Assembly (NCBI GenBank): GCA_030704615.1
Contig: CM060731.1
Coordinates: 26,350,001 to 26,414,000 of the forward strand
Direction: 5' to 3'
Length of the DNA stretch: 64,000 nucleotides
From: Takakia lepidozioides
Taxonomy: Eukaryota; Plantae; Bryophyta
The stretch's first letter is position 1; the number at the start of each line of letters is the position of its first letter. The position numbers and the translations under genes were made by a program. Shown here piece after piece: positions 25,501-38,506 of this stretch. The notes beneath the pieces are model-generated. The model was given only the letters and a program-made list of their open reading frames with translations. It was not told the DNA's origin and did not search any database.

Positions 25501-28500
25501 TTGTATGTCTGCTAATCCAATCGTTGATACTTGCAGCAAGAACTGGCCGAGAGGGGGAAATCTGAGTACTACCGCACTACAACAGAAGAGTTGAGGACTG
25601 CTAAAGGAGTTGGAGCAGCCATAAAGAAGGAGTACAAGATAAGGAGAACGAAGCTGATGTCGGCCTTCCTGAAGCAATTGAGAATAGTGGATCCCGGACT
25701 TGGGGAGGAGTTCCTTCTCCAAATCAAATCCCACTACGACAAGCATGTACATCCAGAGATGCAACAGAAGAAATTGCACAGGCTGGCTCTCTCTATGGTT
25801 GACAACCAGACAAAAGTGAGATGGCTTGAGATTTGGAACTTGGATCAGACGGTGAAGGATCTGAATCAGTTCCCAAAAAGCACAATCCAGCCTGGCACCA
25901 AGGTCGAGGGAATAAGTGATATTGTTTTTGATCAGTGGCTTCACAAGGCCACATTTTGGAGTTAGGTATTTGTGGATTCAAGTACTTGTTGTATATGAAA
26001 TATCCTATAGCTTTGTCATGCGCAATTCTGATACATGTTCCCATTGCAGCTGGAGAAACGCGCCATTCTTGTCCTGGAGCAGAATTTGAAGGACTTGAAT
26101 ATTTCGATGGTCTCACCACCACAGATGACCTTGGAGGCGTACATTAGAAAGTGGAAAGGTCTCACGTGGCGGTACTGTTTCTTCCGAGAGTTCTCCAAGG
26201 ATGGCAACATAGTGAGGTCGAACGATTTTGACAGTCAAGTTGGAGGGGAGTGGGCGATGATGCGTGTTGTTTACAGGTGCAGTGCAATATGCCTATCCAG
26301 CACATTCTTTAAACTTTTGTCATGCCTCATTGAGAGAAGCTTTGTATTTCTTTTCTATTACACAGCAGTTTGGTGATGGTCGGTACCGATCATCACATCC
26401 ACTACTATGATATTCTCCAGTCAAACAGTTGTCACTGCTGATCATGTCTTTGTTTCCATCCTTAATCCTGCCTCTGTTATCATAGGCAGTCTGTTTCTGA
26501 TGAATGAAGTGATGGTCGGTTCCGACCATCACATTTCCCATTTGTGAAGTCTACATAATCATAAGGATTTTCCAACCCATGTTGCATTCTCTCTCATGTG
26601 AAAGTGATGATCGCCACCGATCATCACTTTCTTCTGCTTTCTGATATCTTGTTTTGGGGGATGGTATTATTTTGAGCCTCCGCAGGTACACTAAATATGT
26701 GTTGATGGAAGGAAAACACCTGAGTGGAATCCCAGATTACCTGGACATGTGGTCCGATCCTGCCAACGATCCCACCATGTACACAACTGGTATCTTGAGG
26801 GACTGGAGTCCTGCCCACTTCAAGGACTGTGGATGGTACCTCGACTGCCCTCCAGAGCACACGACATTTCAAGAGCAACAAATGAAGTATATGAACAACC
26901 ATGCGGAGATGCTAGCACCTTTGAATGACGAAGAGTACCAGAGGAACATTGCTTCATTGGCGGCCAAGGAGCCAGACGCGCAGGCAACTCCACAGAAAGG
27001 CAGGAAGGCGGGTCAAAAGGGGAAAGATCCAAAGGTTCCGGAGGTAGTAGCCAAGTCACCTGGGAAGCCTAAGGACAAAGAGAAGGAGAAGGCTAAGGGG
27101 AAGGAGAAGGCGAAGGAGAAAGAGACGGAAAAGGAGAAAGGTGAGGACAAGGAGAAAGATGAGACCGCTGGGAGGTACACCCTCACTGTTCAATGTCCAT
27201 TCGATGCCAAGCCACACCCTTCCCGTGCGGACTTGGCAGGGCAGATCAAGATTGTGAATGAGGGATGGCTGGCAATGATGGAGACTCGGAGAAAGAGTTA
27301 CTCGGGGGTGCCATCACCAACTTGGGATAACATGATCTCATTTCTTAATATGGTAAGAATCTTTCTCTTCACATGGGACTTTCGAATTTTGTGTATGCCA
27401 ATGTAGATGATGGTTTCTGTTGGGACCCTCATTTCTGTTTGACTTGAAATTATACCGGTATGTTGCAGGTGAGCAATGGTCCCTCATTCGTATGCGGTGT
27501 TCAAAAACCCTTTGCCACTGACATGGTCATCCTTGACATCCCAGACGGCCTGCTTGTCCCCGACGTTCCTCCAAAGGGAAAGACTCCATCCTGGAACAGA
27601 TTCGATGAGAACTACTGGAGTTGGGTATTCGGCTTCTGCAATAATTTCCTTTCAGATGCAGGAACGCTTTTGCTCTTCCAGTCATGTGATAAGGATAGTC
27701 GTAAGGGTCTGGCATCATACCTGAAGTCGTCTGGGTTCGAAATTCTGAGGACATGGAATTGTGTGAACATCCTGTACCTTCTGAAAGGTGGTTGCCCTGG
27801 ACAGCTGGTATGGCACCGCCCTACTCTGAACTATTTCCCAATGTCTTTTCAGTTGTTTCTGCTGGCTTGCTCTACCACCATATGTGATGATCGGCACTGA
27901 TCATCACAAAAACATTCCATTGTAGTTTACATTTGCAGTCCATGTTCTGTTCGTTCATGCGCCAAAATTTCTTTCGAATTTCTATGTCTCACTCCTACCT
28001 TGCATCTTTGCCAGACAAGGATGTTTGAGGCAATCTGCCTAAGGCGGATTTGCACTTCCAAAACACCTTCATCCGTTTGCAGCTTTGAAATTTCCGACCA
28101 GGGGTGTTTTGTCAACCCCCCATATGAACCGCATGTGGATGACATGCTGTACAATTTCATGCACTCCAGTCAGACAGCCAAAAGACCAGACGGGTTTCCG
28201 TGGAGAGGTGCAAGGGAGAGAACCCCAGCGTTCATGCAGACACTCTTGGAGTCATGCAACCACCATTCTGCAAGGGTGGTCGACCTCACACTATCCACAG
28301 GTTCGTTGGTTCAATACTGTTTCCATTCTGAAGGTCTTCCAGTTTGCATCTGATTTTGCATCCTCTACAACCTTCTTGAGGCTTTATGTCTTGGCAGGTG
28401 CGACTTACAGTGCTTGCAAGGTTGGTGGGAGAAGCCTTTTTGGCATGGAGGGCGACACCAAACTATTCAAGAGTGTCCCCCTCCCTCTTGTGTCTGGCTC

Positions 28501-28927
28501 TACGTCTGGCACACAGACCGAACAAATTCAAATCATAAATGATGAGGATACCGAGGATAAGCAGATCGACAACGACTTCTCATGTGAGTAAGTCGGCCAT
28601 GGAAATGTCATTCCAGTTTGGGTGCTTGTTCAATTTTGCATACATCAAAATTGCAGTAATAACTTTTATCACGCTTTGACTTGCAGGAACGACAGCGATG
28701 GATCTTCAGGAGAAACCCCCATTTGTACTGAGACTATTTTCGACAGTCCCCTTTCCACTTTTGTGCTTCATGTCTATGCCGAAGCAATGGCACTTGAAAT
28801 GGCCGAGGCTCTATCCCCTGACTTCTTAGATCGCAGGAGTAGCCATCGTAGATCCGGAGTTATGAAATTCTTGGACTTGGATGCAGTGGACGCGGGGATA
28901 CATTGTACTGACTCTGGATCAGACTGA
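22560..28927 (+). pseudogene. Element A cargo: multi-exon ParB/Srx-like + amino-DNA-methyltransferase-like protein
   Basis: First exon with RKSLYFTSVR (shared with C). ParB exon about 24522-25151 (LEIPLCRMISMPVVRP…YVWDGNHRLLAW; frameshift in a T-run near 24840). Middle exons; TDMVILDIPDG (about 27520); PWRGARERTPAFMQTLLES…VVDLTLSTG|ATYSACKVGGRSLFGMEGD; terminal exon 28687-28927. Start approximate. Confidence 0.82.
23115..24460. repeat. Intronic array of palindrome GTGATGATCGGT(A/G)CCGA(T/C)CATCAC (element A-specific; 170-bp higher-order unit in part)
   Basis: About 16 copies here, plus copies in later introns (about 26372, 26508, 26603, 27884). Confidence 0.92.
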
Positions 28928-31900
28928 ACTTCGCATTTATTTTGTTCAATTTATATCCTATTCGGAACTCATTGAATTCCCTTGCCTCATTGCATTTGTT
29001 CCGGCAGAAAAAAAGGCGATTCAAACAATCTACTCAGATTCAAATGTCAATCTTCATGAATCCATCCCCTCAACCCCTCACGCTCATGTCATATCCATTG
29101 TGCATTCATCTATTGTGTATTCATGCATCCTCCATTCAAGAATGTTTTCCACCATTCAACATCCATCCCACATTCATCCATTTGCTTGCATTGTTCCCAC
29201 ATATCCATATATTTCTCATCCACTCTACATTCATCCATCTTGCATTCAATTGTTGCTTTCAGGTGGGAATGACCACGTCCTTTTATTATTTCGTCGAACT
29301 TGTTTCCGCGGTTGAGGGTGCTCTTCCGCGGAAATACAGTCTGTTTCTTAATTGGCGCACGTCGACGTGGCTTTTAAGCTCGATGACGTGGAGTGAGCCC
29401 GGTGACGTGGCGTTCGTTCAAGGTGACGTGGCGTGACACGGCTGCGCTCACGCCGAGGCATCCCTGTCGTGGGATGCTCCACTGCATGGTACGGGTCCTT
29501 GGGATCAACCACCCCCTTGTTCTTTCTCCCGGATCCCCTATCATGCGGTGGAGTCTGCTGGACATGCACCACAGGGCTAGTATCTGTAACACTTCCCTGC
29601 CCACCTATCTGCCCTTGTGCCCCCTTCCCCCTACCCCTTCCTTTCCCCACACCACCAGCAACATCCTTTCCCTTTGCCTTTCTACCTCTACCCGGGGTAT
29701 CCTGAGCAGGAGGCTCCTTCTCTGCAAGAGTCTGCAAATTTCTATCATGAATGTCGAGGTCGGCTGCTGCGGCGGTGGCTGCTATACGCTCATTCTCTCT
29801 CCTCAAAGACATCTCCTGAGTTGGGGTCTCAGAAGGAGGGCAAGCCAAATACCAACCACAAGTAGAAAGATGGTCTGGGCCCCAGTCATACAAGATCCCA
29901 GTAAAAAACATGGTCTGGTTGCCAGCAGGGACAAGCCAAAGGTCCACGAAATCAGGATGTTTGTCCAAGCAGTTCTCTTCCATGAGAATAAACTTTATGT
30001 ACCTGCAGGAACAGAGACAGCCTCATTATGCAATGCAATTATTGTCTCTCAGCTTTTCCACCACATCAGGAAGACCCCCTAAAACAGTATGCAGCACAGT
30101 ACATTACAACCACCGCACACAAAATAGCCTGAAGGGCCCAGGGTGTGCACCTTGGTGTTACTACACAAGGATAGAACAAATGAGTGTGCAGCACCGCAAA
30201 CTCATATGAGCCAGCCCAAAACAGGTTGGATGGAGGAGAGTGTGTATTTGCAAAACAAAAAAGCACAGTCCATTTCGCACCTGTAAAGGCATTGTTTCCA
30301 GGCTTCCTCTCCTTTCTCTTGCTGGTCAAGCTCATTTGTTCGACCGATGCCACCCTCCTTGCTGAACTCTCTGAAGAAACAAGATTGCCACACTGTGGCT
30401 CTCCATTTCCTCATGTATGCTTGGAAGGAGACCTTCGGTGTTGTCATGGTGATGCCATAGTCAGCCAGCTGAGTATGTAGAACCAACCGGGCCCTTTCCT
30501 CCAACTGCAAAACAATTCAAATGCAAGAATGAACCAAAAAACAATCACAGCCAATGTAACAGCCAATGGAAAGAGAAGGACAGAAAAAGCAAAAAGAAAG
30601 TGACACAGCAAATGACATCATACCTGGCTCCAGTAAGTGGCCTTGTGAAGCCATGTGTCCAGCACATTGTCACTGACAGGAATGACACGCTGGGTCTTCT
30701 TCTCTTTCTCCGGCCTGGGGAACATGTGGGTATCCCTAACAATGGGATCGGAGTTCCATATCTGTAGCCACTTCACCTTCTGTTTTGAAGACACAACGGC
30801 GGTAGACAACCTGTGTAACTTCTCCTGGGCCATCTCTAGCTTGCCTAGCTTGTTGTAATGGTTTTTCATCTCCAGAAGAAACTGCGATCCGAATGATGGG
30901 TCGGCAATTCTCAACTGCTTAACAAAAGCACTCATAATAGTCCTTCTTGTGGCGGTCATCTCTTTCTTGATGTGACTCTCAACCCCCTTTGCTGTCCTTC
31001 TCTCCTGAGGGGTAGAGTTGTAGTATTCCAGTTTGCCACGCTCTCCTGCATCTGCAAGGGAATGCACGAGAGTTGAATCAACCCAAGGGCAAGGGAAACA
31101 AACAGAAACAAACATGTGGAAGCAGGAATATTGAAAGGCCAGATGATGGAAGATGTATCTCACCGCGTACATATACTCCATGAAAGCCTCACGGGTCAAC
31201 GAGTACCATGTTTCTGATGTCTTGGAGCTTTCACACTTCTTGTACGTCTCTGCTGAAAGGATGGTCTTGAAGTTGGTCGAGGGCATTTGCCCGATCCTTT
31301 GTATCCTGTACAGTGTGTGAACCAGACTCGTTTTGACATGCGATGTCTCTGTCCCTCTGCAGAATGATATGTGAAAGTCAGAATGAAAATCAAGAACCGC
31401 CAACAGAGGACTGGAACAAAAGAACCACGGAACCACAACTGGAACATGTAGAATGAGAAACCAACCTGTTCACATCATTCATTACCGTCAAAAGACCCAT
31501 CATGTTCCCGTCACAATCCAGCACCATCGATCGAACAGAGTAATGCCACTCTTCCACCTGTGAGTGCAGCCTCCCAATGAAAGTCATCCATGCAAGCAAC
31601 CGGTGGTTGCCATCCCATACGTGAAACATCTTCCCTGAGAATGCCTGGGTCGAAGGTTTCCTGGAGAGAAGAAGTTCGAAGGATTCGTTCACCTGTCTCC
31701 AAATGGAATCCCAGGAGTCCACGATTGACTCATCCACAAGGAGCTCATTGCCTCTGGAATCCTTTGTAGAAACGTAAAAGACTTCGGATCCATCCAAATA
31801 CCCATGAACAAACTCGGCCTCTAGCTTCAGGATGTCCTTGATGAGGGGTGGACGAACGACGAGCATGGAAACCAACCTACACAGGGGGATCTTCAACCTC

Positions 31901-32099
31901 CCACCCGGGGCAAGCATACTTTGCACCACAAGCTGAGAGTTTACCTTCTGACCCCCCAGCATCTCAGCGGCTTTGCTTTCATAGAACTCATCGTCCACAT
32001 CAGCAATGATCTCCTTCCCCTCTCCCGAAGGGTTCTCATCCGCCACCATTTGCATCTTCTCCTACATGGTTGTTCATTCAAATTGATATAAGAGAGAGG

Positions 32100-33920
32100 C
32101 AAGAACAGATGGTGTTATGAGCATGGCAAGTAGGTCCGATGTGGCCCAATTTCACATGAAAAAACAAGCATTGTGCGGGCCAAAAACAGTGTGCGTTGCC
32201 GCACACTGTTTGAGCTTCCAATAATGGGTGATTTGAACATGGCACACTGGCCATGAGTGGCCTATTTTCAAATCTAAAAACAGACAGAGAGTGGGAAACA
32301 GACAGTGTGCGTTGCCGCACACTACTTGAGCTTCCAAAAAGGGGTGTTTTCAACATGACATTAGGCCCTATGTGGCACATTTCCACATAAAAAACATGCA
32401 GAGAGGGGGCCACACACTGTCCGTTCTTCCAACTATGGGTATTTTGAGCATGCATACTGGCCGTGTTTCGCCCAATTTCATATCAAAAAACAAGCAGAGA
32501 GGGCCCAAAACAGTGTGCGTTGCCGCACACTATTTGAGCTTCCAATAAGGGGTGGTTTGAACATGGCATAGTGGCCCTGGTTTGACAATTTTCAAATCAA
32601 AAAATAGGCAGTGAAGGGGGCACAAACAGTGTGCGATGTCGCACACTGTTAGAGCTTCCAATTCGGGGTGGATTCAACCTCCCAAAAAGGCCCTATTTGG
32701 CCGATTTTCACAACAAACAACAATCACAAAAGGGGGCTCAAACAGTGTGCGTTGCCACACACTGTTTGAGATTCCGAGAAGGGGTGCATTCAACCTGACA
32801 GAGTCGCCCTATGTGGCCGTTTTGCACATAAAAAAAACAAGCAAAAAAGTGGCACAAACAGTGTGCGTTGTCGCACACTGCTCGAGCTTTCAAATAGGGT
32901 GGAATGAACCTTACAGAGAGGCCCCCGTGTGCACGATTTTCACATGAAATAAACAATGACAAGGGGGGCTCAAACAGTGTGCGTTGCCGCACACTGTTTG
33001 AGCTGCCAGGTAAGTGTGGATTGAACCTGAGAGAGATGCCCTAGGTGCCCAATTTTCTCATCAAAAAACAAGCAAAAAAGGGGGCTCAAACAGTGTGCGT
33101 TGCCGCACACTCTTTGAGCTTCCAATAAGGGGTGATTTGAACATGGCATAGTGGCTATGAGTGGCCGATTTTCAAATAAAAAAACAGGCAGTGAAGGGGG
33201 CACAAACAGTGTGCGTGCCGCACACTGTTCAAGCTTCCAATGAGGGGTATTTACAACCTGCAGAGTGGGCCCATGGTGGCCGAACAAGCAATGACAAAGG
33301 GGGCTCAAACAGTGTCCGTTGCCGCACACTGTTTAAGCTTCCAATAAGGGGTGGATTCAACATGGCAGAAAGGCCCTATGTGGCCGTTTTTCACATCAAA
33401 AAACAAGCACAAAAGGGGGCTCAGATAGTGTGCGTTGCCGCACACAATTTGAGCTTCCCAATAGGGGTGGAATGAACCTTACAGAGAGGCCCCTGTGTGC
33501 ACGATTTTCACATGAAACAGTGTACGTTCAAATAGTGTACGTTCCCGCACAATGTTTGAGCTTCCAATAAAGGGTGGATTGAACATGCCAGAGTGGCCCT
33601 GTGTGCAAGATTTCCACACCAAAAAACAAGGCAGAAGGAGGGCTCAAACAGTGTGCATTGACGCACACTGTTTGAGCTGCCACTTAAGTGTGGATTCAGC
33701 GTGTCAGAGATGCCATATGTGGCCGATTTTCACATGAATTAAACAATGAGAAGGGGGGCTCAAGCAGTGTGCGTTGACGCACACTGTTTGAGCTGCCATG
33801 TGGCAGATTTTGACATGGAACAAACAATGAGAAGGGGGGCTCAAACAGTGTGCGTTGACGCACACTGTTTGAGCTGCCAGGTAAGTGTGGATTGAACCTG
33901 ACAGAGATGCCCTTTGTGGC
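32100..33920. repeat. Element C intronic tandem array (about 110-120-bp units) with hairpin AAACAGTGTGCGTTG(C/A)CGCACACTGTTT
   Basis: Roughly 15-18 copies; the array resumes at 38507 after element D. Confidence 0.92.
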
Positions 33921-34089
33921 GAGTGCAGCTACGGCGTGAGCCCAAGAGCTCGGCTCACGCTTTGCCCTCTAAGTGTGAGCCCAGGGGTTTAGTGGAGGAA
34001 GAAGTAGGCCCCATACCCGAGTCCTCTGTTTAGAGAGGGTCCTATTGTCGTGGAAGCAGTTATAGCGCTTAAAAAAAGAGGTATAGAAA

Positions 34090-35500
34090 GAATGGAATGG
34101 TCATTGTGAAACTTACTGAGGTTTTCTTATTGAAGAAGAGGTGAAAAAAAAAGGCTGGGTGAGTCATCATGAATCTTATTTAGGGATTCTTGCATTAACA
34201 AGAGGTAAGAAAAGTTTGGATGCTCATTGTCAAGCTATCTGACGTTTCCAGTATTTCATCCATGGTGGATGATGGATGGATGAAATATTGAAGGAGAGGT
34301 TAAAAATAATGAGGATGGGCAAGAACAGGCCCCAAAATATGACCCCTCATTGTGAAACAGGCAATGGTTTTTGTTAATGTAGATGAGGTGAAAATTAAAC
34401 AGATGGTCATCTTCAAGCGTATTTAGGCTTTGTTTGTGAAGAAGATGTGTAACAAAATGAGCGGTTTATTGTGGAACTTGTTCAGGTTTGTGTTATTGAA
34501 GATGAGGTGAAAAAAAAATACGTGGTCATTGTGATTGCTTATTTAGGGTGTGTTTGTGAAGAAGAGGTAAGAAAAAACATTGAGCTATCCTTGTGAAACT
34601 TGTTTAGGATTATGTTATTGAAGAAGAGGTGAAAAAAAAAGTTAAGCTCTATCATTGTCAAACTTGTTCAGGTTTCTGTTATTGAAGAAGAGGTGAAAAA
34701 AGAAATCAGATGGTCATTATGAATGTTTATTTAGGGTTTGTTTGTGAAGAATAAATTGAGCTCTCATTCTCAAACTTGTTAAGGTTTCTGTTATTGAAGA
34801 AGAGGTGAAAAAAATATTAGATGGTCATCATGAATGCTTATTTAGGGTTTGTTTGTGAAGAAGAGGTGAAAAAAAAAGTTGAGCTCTATCATTGTCAAAC
34901 TTCTTCAGGTTTCTGTTATTGAAGAAGAGGTGAAAAAAAAACCAGATGGTCATCATGAATGCTTATTTAGGGAATAAATTAGGGATTGTTTGTGAAGAAG
35001 AGATGAAAAAAAAACTTGAGCTCTACCATTGTCAAACTTCTTCAGGTTTCTGTTATTGAAGAAGAGGTGAAAAAAACCAGATGGTCATCATGAATGCTTA
35101 TTTAGGGTTTGTTTGTGAAGAAGAGGTGAAAAAAATTGAGCTCTATCATTGTCAATCTTGTTCATGTTTCTGTTGATGAAAAAGAGGTGAATAAAAAATC
35201 AGATGTCATCATGAATAAATTAGGGTTTGTTTGTGAAGAAGAGGTGGAAAAAAAACTTGAGCTCTATCATTGTCAAACTTCTTCAGGTTTCTGTTATTGA
35301 AGAAGAGGTGAAAAAAAAAACATATGGTCATCATGAATGCTTATTTAGGGTTTGTTTGTATAGAGGACGTGGAAAACAAATGAGCTGTCATTGTGAAACT
35401 TGTTCAGGTGCCTGTTATTCAAGAAGAAGTGGAAAAAAAAAATAGATGGTCATCATGAAGCTCATTACGCAATGCTTTTGTAGAGGCCGTGAAAAACTAA
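34090..35500. repeat. AT-rich tandem array (about 120-bp units, GAAGAAGAGGTGAAAAAA core) in element D
   Basis: Directly visible repeated units. Confidence 0.88.
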
Positions 35501-35796
35501 AATGAGCTTTCATACTGACACTTGTCCATGTTTGGCAGGCCCTCGAACAATTTTTATTTTTTATTTTTTATTTTTTATTTTTTTTTCCCGCCCGGGGCAA
35601 TATTGGGGGTGGGGGCAGAAGTGGTGTGCGTTGACGCACTCAATTTTAGAGGCTCGTTAACCAAACCCGATGAAAAAATAAACTACATTTCATAACGAGA
35701 CATCGTCTGCTTGTCCAGATTTAAGAACTGTGTATACATGTTCTACAAACAAGGCAGCCCTTTCCGACATTGCGAAAAATCGCAACATATGCAACA

Positions 35797-36320
35797 TTAC
35801 TCGATATTGCCAATGTCTCGCTGCAAAAGTGTCCGTACCTCACCAGGACCTAGTGTCACTTGGTGAATGATTTGGTCTCTTTTGGGATCACAATACATCC
35901 TGCACAAGAAGATGTAGTAAAGATGCTTGCAGGGAACCCATTTCCCTCTCTTTCCTAGAGCTTCCTCACGCATGCACACGAAGTCGGGACAGGTACACCC
36001 CGGAAAATTTACCACCGTCACCTGATAGGCCCTGTCGTGCAAAACAGACCCAGATATGAAGTATAAACCCGTCCATACCCAGGTGAAGGTACTTCCATAG
36101 TTCCTGTTACCCGAGCCTGAAGTAGTCTGGCCGATTCCACCTTCGCATCGTGATCAGGCCCCGAAGCCACTTGATGCACTGTTTTGTCATTCCTTCTTGT
36201 GGGATGCGAAGTATCGTCTGAGGAGGCACCATAGCAGCAAGGCCACCAAGAGTTGACACCATAGATCGGTGTAGACGAAAGCCGACGTCCTCCAACTTGT
36301 CCATCTCCAGTTCGTCAATG
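35797..36320 (-). pseudogene. Element D transposase C-terminal fragment (SWIM finger)
   Basis: DRAYQVTVVNFPGCTCPDF…KWVPCKHLYYI; closely similar to C's C-terminus. Confidence 0.85.
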
Positions 36321-36584
36321 ATCATCCTGAAATCATGATCATGAAAAAATTGAGTGTGTTGACGCACTCAGTTCTCGGGGGGGAGGGGGGGGGGGGGGGG
36401 GGGTTTGGGTTTCCCCCAAAACCCGTCGGGTACCCGGGGTGAAAATCCGGACCCGCACCTGTCGTCAATGATCATCCTGAAATCATGATCATGAAGAAAT
36501 TGAGTGCGTTGACGCACTCAGTTCTCCTGGGGGGGGGGGGGGAGGAGAGGGAACCAAAATAATAATAATAAATGTTATCATACA

Positions 36585-37889
36585 ATCTGTCACGATGAGA
36601 TGTCGCCGGGAGCTGGCAAGCTACTTGAAAGCCTGGGGGATGCGGATTATCAAGACCTGGAACTGTGTCAACAGCCTATATCAGACGAAGGGGGATTGCA
36701 CAGGGTAGAAGGTGGGTTTCAAATACTTTGTTTTTATGCCTTCTCTATTGAAGTTCCACTGTACTGACTGTTATGAAGTCATGCTGTTCGCACTGCGTGA
36801 ATTGAGTGTTTTAGCACACTCAGTTATGGCGGTGCATGAGCAATGACTCTGAACCAGTTCCATCCAAAATGGGTCTGCACTCCCACCCAAATGTGCTATG
36901 AAACATTCCTCACTAATTATTGTCCTCTTCATCGCAGACCCGTCTATTTGAGGCCGTCTGTCTCTAAGGGTACATCCACTGTCGACTCCCACCACAGTGG
37001 TGGAGTTTGAGCTTCATGGGGGATGATGTTTCATAAACGAGAGGTTTGATCATGTCGTCGACGACATGCACTACAACTATGTCGACTCCAACGTATGTTT
37101 GCGAAAGCCAAATGGAACATCTTGGAGAGGGGCCCGTGAAAAAAGCCCGGCTTTTATCCAAACGATCATTGAGAGTTATTCTCGGCCAGGTGCCCGCATC
37201 ATAGATCTCACTCTCGGCACATGTTTCTCTTCTTGCCTTTGTCATCGATTTCTTTTCTTCTGCACCTTCTTTACTCAATATTCTAAAACTCTAATTCCTT
37301 CAATTTGTCTCTTGCAGGCGCTTCTTACCATGCTTGCAAGGCAGATGGCAGGCACTTGTTTGGTATGGAAGGAGATGCAGATATTTTCACTGGCCTCCTC
37401 GCCGAGTTGCAAGGGGGCGCGTCTACCTCCAATGTCAAGGATGTCATTGCGCAAATTGATATCCTCGACGGTGACGACAAAGACCTGGACAATGACTTTT
37501 CATGTGAGTAAGTTCATTTTCTGTCTATTTGATCCCTGTGTATATGCTCTGTCGCGTCCCCTTCTGTTGTCTGATTGCTACCCAAATGGTGCATTTCTGA
37601 TTGCAGGAATGTGAATGCACTCCTGTGGCCCTTGTCTTCCATATACTTGAGGGACTTGTGCTGGAGCCCACCTCCTAATTATGTCCTTCCCGATTACGCG
37701 GAAGACATTGCTCGTGTGCAAGCAGCTGTGCTTTCTCCCCTACCTTTGCGTTGGAGTTCCAGGAAGACGCTCAGGCACCTCTTCATAGATGATAGTGCAG
37801 CAGTTTCAGGTGGTAGCAGTACTTCTAGCAGTTCAGCAGATTCAAGTGGTAGCAATAGCAGTGTTGATACCACCTACGGATGTACTTGA
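36585..37889 (+). pseudogene. Element D methyltransferase C-terminal exons
   Basis: KTWNCVNSLY; SWRGAREKSPAFIQTIIESYSRPGARIIDLTLGT; ASYHACKADGRHLFGMEGD…DNDFSCE; terminal exon 37607-37889. Confidence 0.82.
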
Positions 37890-38506
37890 GGGCATTCATT
37901 TATGGAACATGAGGGGACACACTCTCCGTTTTCCGTTGCACCACCATTTCTCTTCCCACCATCCGTTGTAATGAGCACGGACTACAATGAAATTCACATC
38001 CCTGAATTGAAACATTCTCTCCCCCGCGTCCTGCGAATTTGAAAGTGTTTTCATTCTAATCATTGCTCTCAAATTCAACCGTGTGCATTCAATAAAAGTT
38101 TTTCAACAGAGATGAATATGTGCATAGTCCAGTAGACAGTCATTTGACATATGCCATCACACCAATATTTGGTTGGATGGATGGAGGATGAATGTTTTTG
38201 GATGGATGAACCTCGATTGGATGTACATTGTGGATGAATGTTGCATGCATGGATGGTCCCATGGATGATGTGAGTGCGCAGTATCATGCACAGGGGCGGG
38301 ATGGCGAGGTTCACTGTCGGGGTTGAGGTGGGTCCCTAAGGCTAACAAGGGTTAGGGTTTCTGTTTGGGGTTGCAGGGTTAATATGGATGAAGACGTGTT
38401 TCTGCGGTGATGGATCCTCTTCCACGGAAATAGACGCCACATCTTTCCCAAAATCATGCCACGTGTCCTGGGCTCACATGGCTAGGCTCACACTCTAGCA
38501 TCCCCC

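Larger units (their letters stand above)
5027..29466 (-). mobile_element. Element A: Mutator-like transposon with ParB-MTase cargo (interrupted by element B and the gypsy element; transposase-side end lies left of the window)
   Basis: Transposase on minus strand (21848 to 5027, split by B) and divergent cargo gene on plus strand. Right terminus, read on the minus strand, is CAGGGATGCCTCGGCGTGAGC and matches the C/D termini. It abuts the broken cargo gene of C at about 29466. Confidence 0.85.
33921..38506 (-). mobile_element. Element D: internally deleted (4.6 kb) member of the same family
   Basis: Termini GAGTGCAGCTACGGCGTGAGCC (33921) and GGGGGATGCTAGAGTGTGAGCC (reverse complement from about 38506). 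TSD CCTTTGTGGC (33911-20 / 38507-16; length ambiguous, 8-11 bp, because of a C-run). Retains only the 3' ends of both genes. Confidence 0.88.

Noticed and set aside
22560-28927. Bacterial or phage contamination as the source of the ParB-MTase gene
   Set aside because: The genes have multiple GT-AG introns at conserved positions and sit inside TIR/TSD-bounded elements nested with plant retrotransposons.
28622-28927. Separate third gene downstream of the MTase
   Set aside because: Phase-compatible splice sites in A, B and D make it more likely the last exon of the cargo gene.
34170-35350. Interstitial telomere (TTTAGGG)
   Set aside because: Only isolated single heptamers within a larger tandem unit.
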